In this document: one piece after another, positions 62,660 to 64,000 of the stretch
Layout: each line of letters opens with the position of its first letter
Numbering within the stretch: the first letter of the stretch is position 1
From: Nitrospinaceae bacterium
GTDB taxonomy: Bacteria > Nitrospinota > Nitrospinia > Nitrospinales > VA-1
Length of the DNA: 64,000 nucleotides
Direction: 5' to 3'
NCBI GenBank assembly: GCA_029261455.1
Contig: JAJDBH010000139.1
Coordinates: 12,922 to 76,921 of the forward strand
Program-made: the position numbers and the translations under genes
Notes under the pieces: generated by a model
The model's database searches: none
What the model saw: the letters and a program-made list of their open reading frames with translations, nothing else
What the model was told of the DNA's origin: nothing

Positions 62660-62828
62660 CCAGTTTTCTTCTCATCTCAGCGGATAAACTTTTGATCTTA
62701 CTCTGGCCCGGATTCAGCCCCATATCCTGATCTTTAATCTTTTTCCAGTATCGACGACTCAGCTCCTGACTGGAAAGTATTTTTTTCAATTTTCTCTTAG
62801 CATTGTAGATGCGCACTTCATAAAACAT
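62628..62828 (-). CDS. Small basic protein (66 aa), unknown function
   Basis: ATG at 62828 sits 4 nt after GGAGGTGG. MFYEVRIYNAKRKLKKILSSQELSRRYWKKIKD... has no TM segment and no Cys. Confidence 0.4.
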   Translation of the reverse strand: MFYEVRIYNAKRKLKKILSSQELSRRYWKKIKDQDMGLNPGQSKIKSLSAEMRRKLDAQTPEFLPH

Positions 62829-62851
62829 TTTCCACCTCCTCGCTAATAGGG

Positions 62852-63289
62852 TCAAAAGGCAAACTGGTTTCCCTTTTCTTTTTCACTGAGCTTTCTCAAA
62901 ATCTTCACAATCAATTCAAACTCCAACGATTTATTTAAAACAAAGTCTGCACCTGCCATTTTCAGTTGAGCTTCAATATCTTCATAAGGTTGTTCCGCCA
63001 AAATAATCAGAATGGGTTTGTTTTTAGAGAATTCAAAATCCCTCATTACATTCATTGCCGTTCCATCGGCAAGATACAGATCTAACACCAAGACATTGGG
63101 CTGAAAACGGTGAACAGAAAGAGCGATCTCTTTCAGACTGGTCCATGTCGCGACCACGTCCACTTCGGGAATGCCTTGAACCAGACCATACAAACGGCCC
63201 AACACACCTTTAGAGTCTTCAACTGACAGCAAAACTTTCACCAGACTTGTCTCCTCAATCTCTTTCATTAAGGTAAGTATGGGTGACAA
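62852..63289 (-). CDS. Stand-alone receiver (REC)-like protein, slightly atypical
   Basis: VLVLDLYLADG is the putative phospho-Asp. Acidic pair is ED. Ala replaces the usual Thr/Ser (IILAEQ). Conserved Lys in FVLNKS. Start is 63289 (TTG) or 63268 (ATG). Confidence 0.6.
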   Translation of the reverse strand: MSPILTLMKEIEETSLVKVLLSVEDSKGVLGRLYGLVQGIPEVDVVATWTSLKEIALSVHRFQPNVLVLDLYLADGTAMNVMRDFEFSKNKPILIILAEQPYEDIEAQLKMAGADFVLNKSLEFELIVKILRKLSEKEKGNQFAF

Positions 63290-63394
63290 ACTAAAAATTT
63301 AATATCGTTTGGCTTGGGGTTTTAAGGGTCATAAAACAAGGGTTTGGCTTGTCGTAGATCTACGACAAGAGGGGGAAAGAACGGCGCGGGGAAT

Positions 63395-64000
63395 CTACTC
63401 TACAAGCTTGTTTTTAAGCGCATAATGGATGAGCTCGGCGTTGGACTTGAGGGCCATTTTTTCCAGTATGCGCGACCGGTGGGTGCTCACTGTAGTAACA
63501 CCTACAGAAAGCTCCTCGGCAATATCTTTCAGCGATCTACCCGAAGCAATCGAGCAAAAAACCTGAAACTCTCTGGGAGAAAGAGTCTCATGTGGAGACT
63601 TTTCAGAATCTCTGCCCAACTCGTCGACCAGCCTTTCGGCCATTTCCGGACTGATGAATTTCCCACCACTGGCAACTTTGCGGATCGCCTGCACAAGTTG
63701 GTCGGGGGCACCGGCTTTGGTCAAATAGGCGGAGGCACCGGCTTTGAGGAATCGCATGCCATACATATCCTCCGAATGGATGCTTAATATGATGACCGGG
63801 AGCTTTGGATACAGGCTTTTCAATTGCGGGAGTACTTCCCAACCGCTTTTTACTGGCATTTCAATATCCATAACCACAACATCTGGCATTTGGATTTTGA
63901 CTTTTTTTAACACCTCCGCACCATTTTCGGCTTCATCGATGACAGAAAGATCAGGCGTCTTCGACAATATCTGCTTGATGCCTTGCCGCACAACAGCATG
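63395..64000 (-). CDS. NarL/LuxR-family response regulator (5' end beyond the right edge)
   Basis: The frame is open to the window end (..HAVVRQGIKQIL). DVVVMDIEMP. C-terminal LuxR HTH (LSPREFQVFCSIASGRSLKDIAEELSVGVTTVSTHRSRI). Confidence 0.85.
   Translation of the reverse strand, partial: HAVVRQGIKQILSKTPDLSVIDEAENGAEVLKKVKIQMPDVVVMDIEMPVKSGWEVLPQLKSLYPKLPVIILSIHSEDMYGMRFLKAGASAYLTKAGAPDQLVQAIRKVASGGKFISPEMAERLVDELGRDSEKSPHETLSPREFQVFCSIASGRSLKDIAEELSVGVTTVSTHRSRILEKMALKSNAELIHYALKNKLVE

Overview
64-kb chromosomal window from a diderm (Gram-negative-type) bacterium with moderately low GC. I recognise about 65 protein genes. I saw no rRNA, tRNA, CRISPR array, transposase or integrase. Housekeeping backbone: ffh and the rpsP-KH-rimM-trmD-(SPOUT)-rplS operon, queC, moaB, rluD, rodA, rng, ychF, queE, mutY, ispD, radA, tolQRAB-pal, efp and ettA. 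Accessory or unusual content, left to right: (1) A partial autotransporter-like adhesin gene, absent from the ORF track, with an A9 tract in its first codons. (2) An 860-bp ORF-free gap between convergent genes holding five consensus DnaA boxes, which is a candidate oriC or DnaA-regulatory locus far from any dnaA. (3) An orphan 7.4-kb cluster of seven prepilin-type minor pilin (pseudopilin) genes in two modules. It includes giant PilX-like proteins and a PilW-like protein fused to Ig-like and lectin-like domains. No major pilin, PilY1 or assembly genes are in the window. (4) A signalling island: REC-HDOD, PAS kinase, REC-kinase and an NtrC-type activator. (5) A tol-pal locus with a Pal carrying a long Gly/Ser linker, an AT-rich tolB-pal spacer, and a 467-aa secreted coiled-coil protein where cpoB normally sits. 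(6) An orphan, signal-peptide-bearing, phage-tail-fibre-like protein. (7) The candidate I rate highest: a same-strand locus at about 56.9-62.8 kb. It encodes a split YeeE/YedE-type transporter, a DUF1264-like secreted protein, five tandem paralogous monohaem cytochromes c (two with His-rich inserts) and a trihaem cytochrome c, flanked by response regulators and a Cache/PAS kinase. A dispersed REP-like repeat family (CCCCAGCC core plus a short palindrome) marks several intergenic regions. All functional calls rest on motif recognition by eye from the translations. No database search was run.
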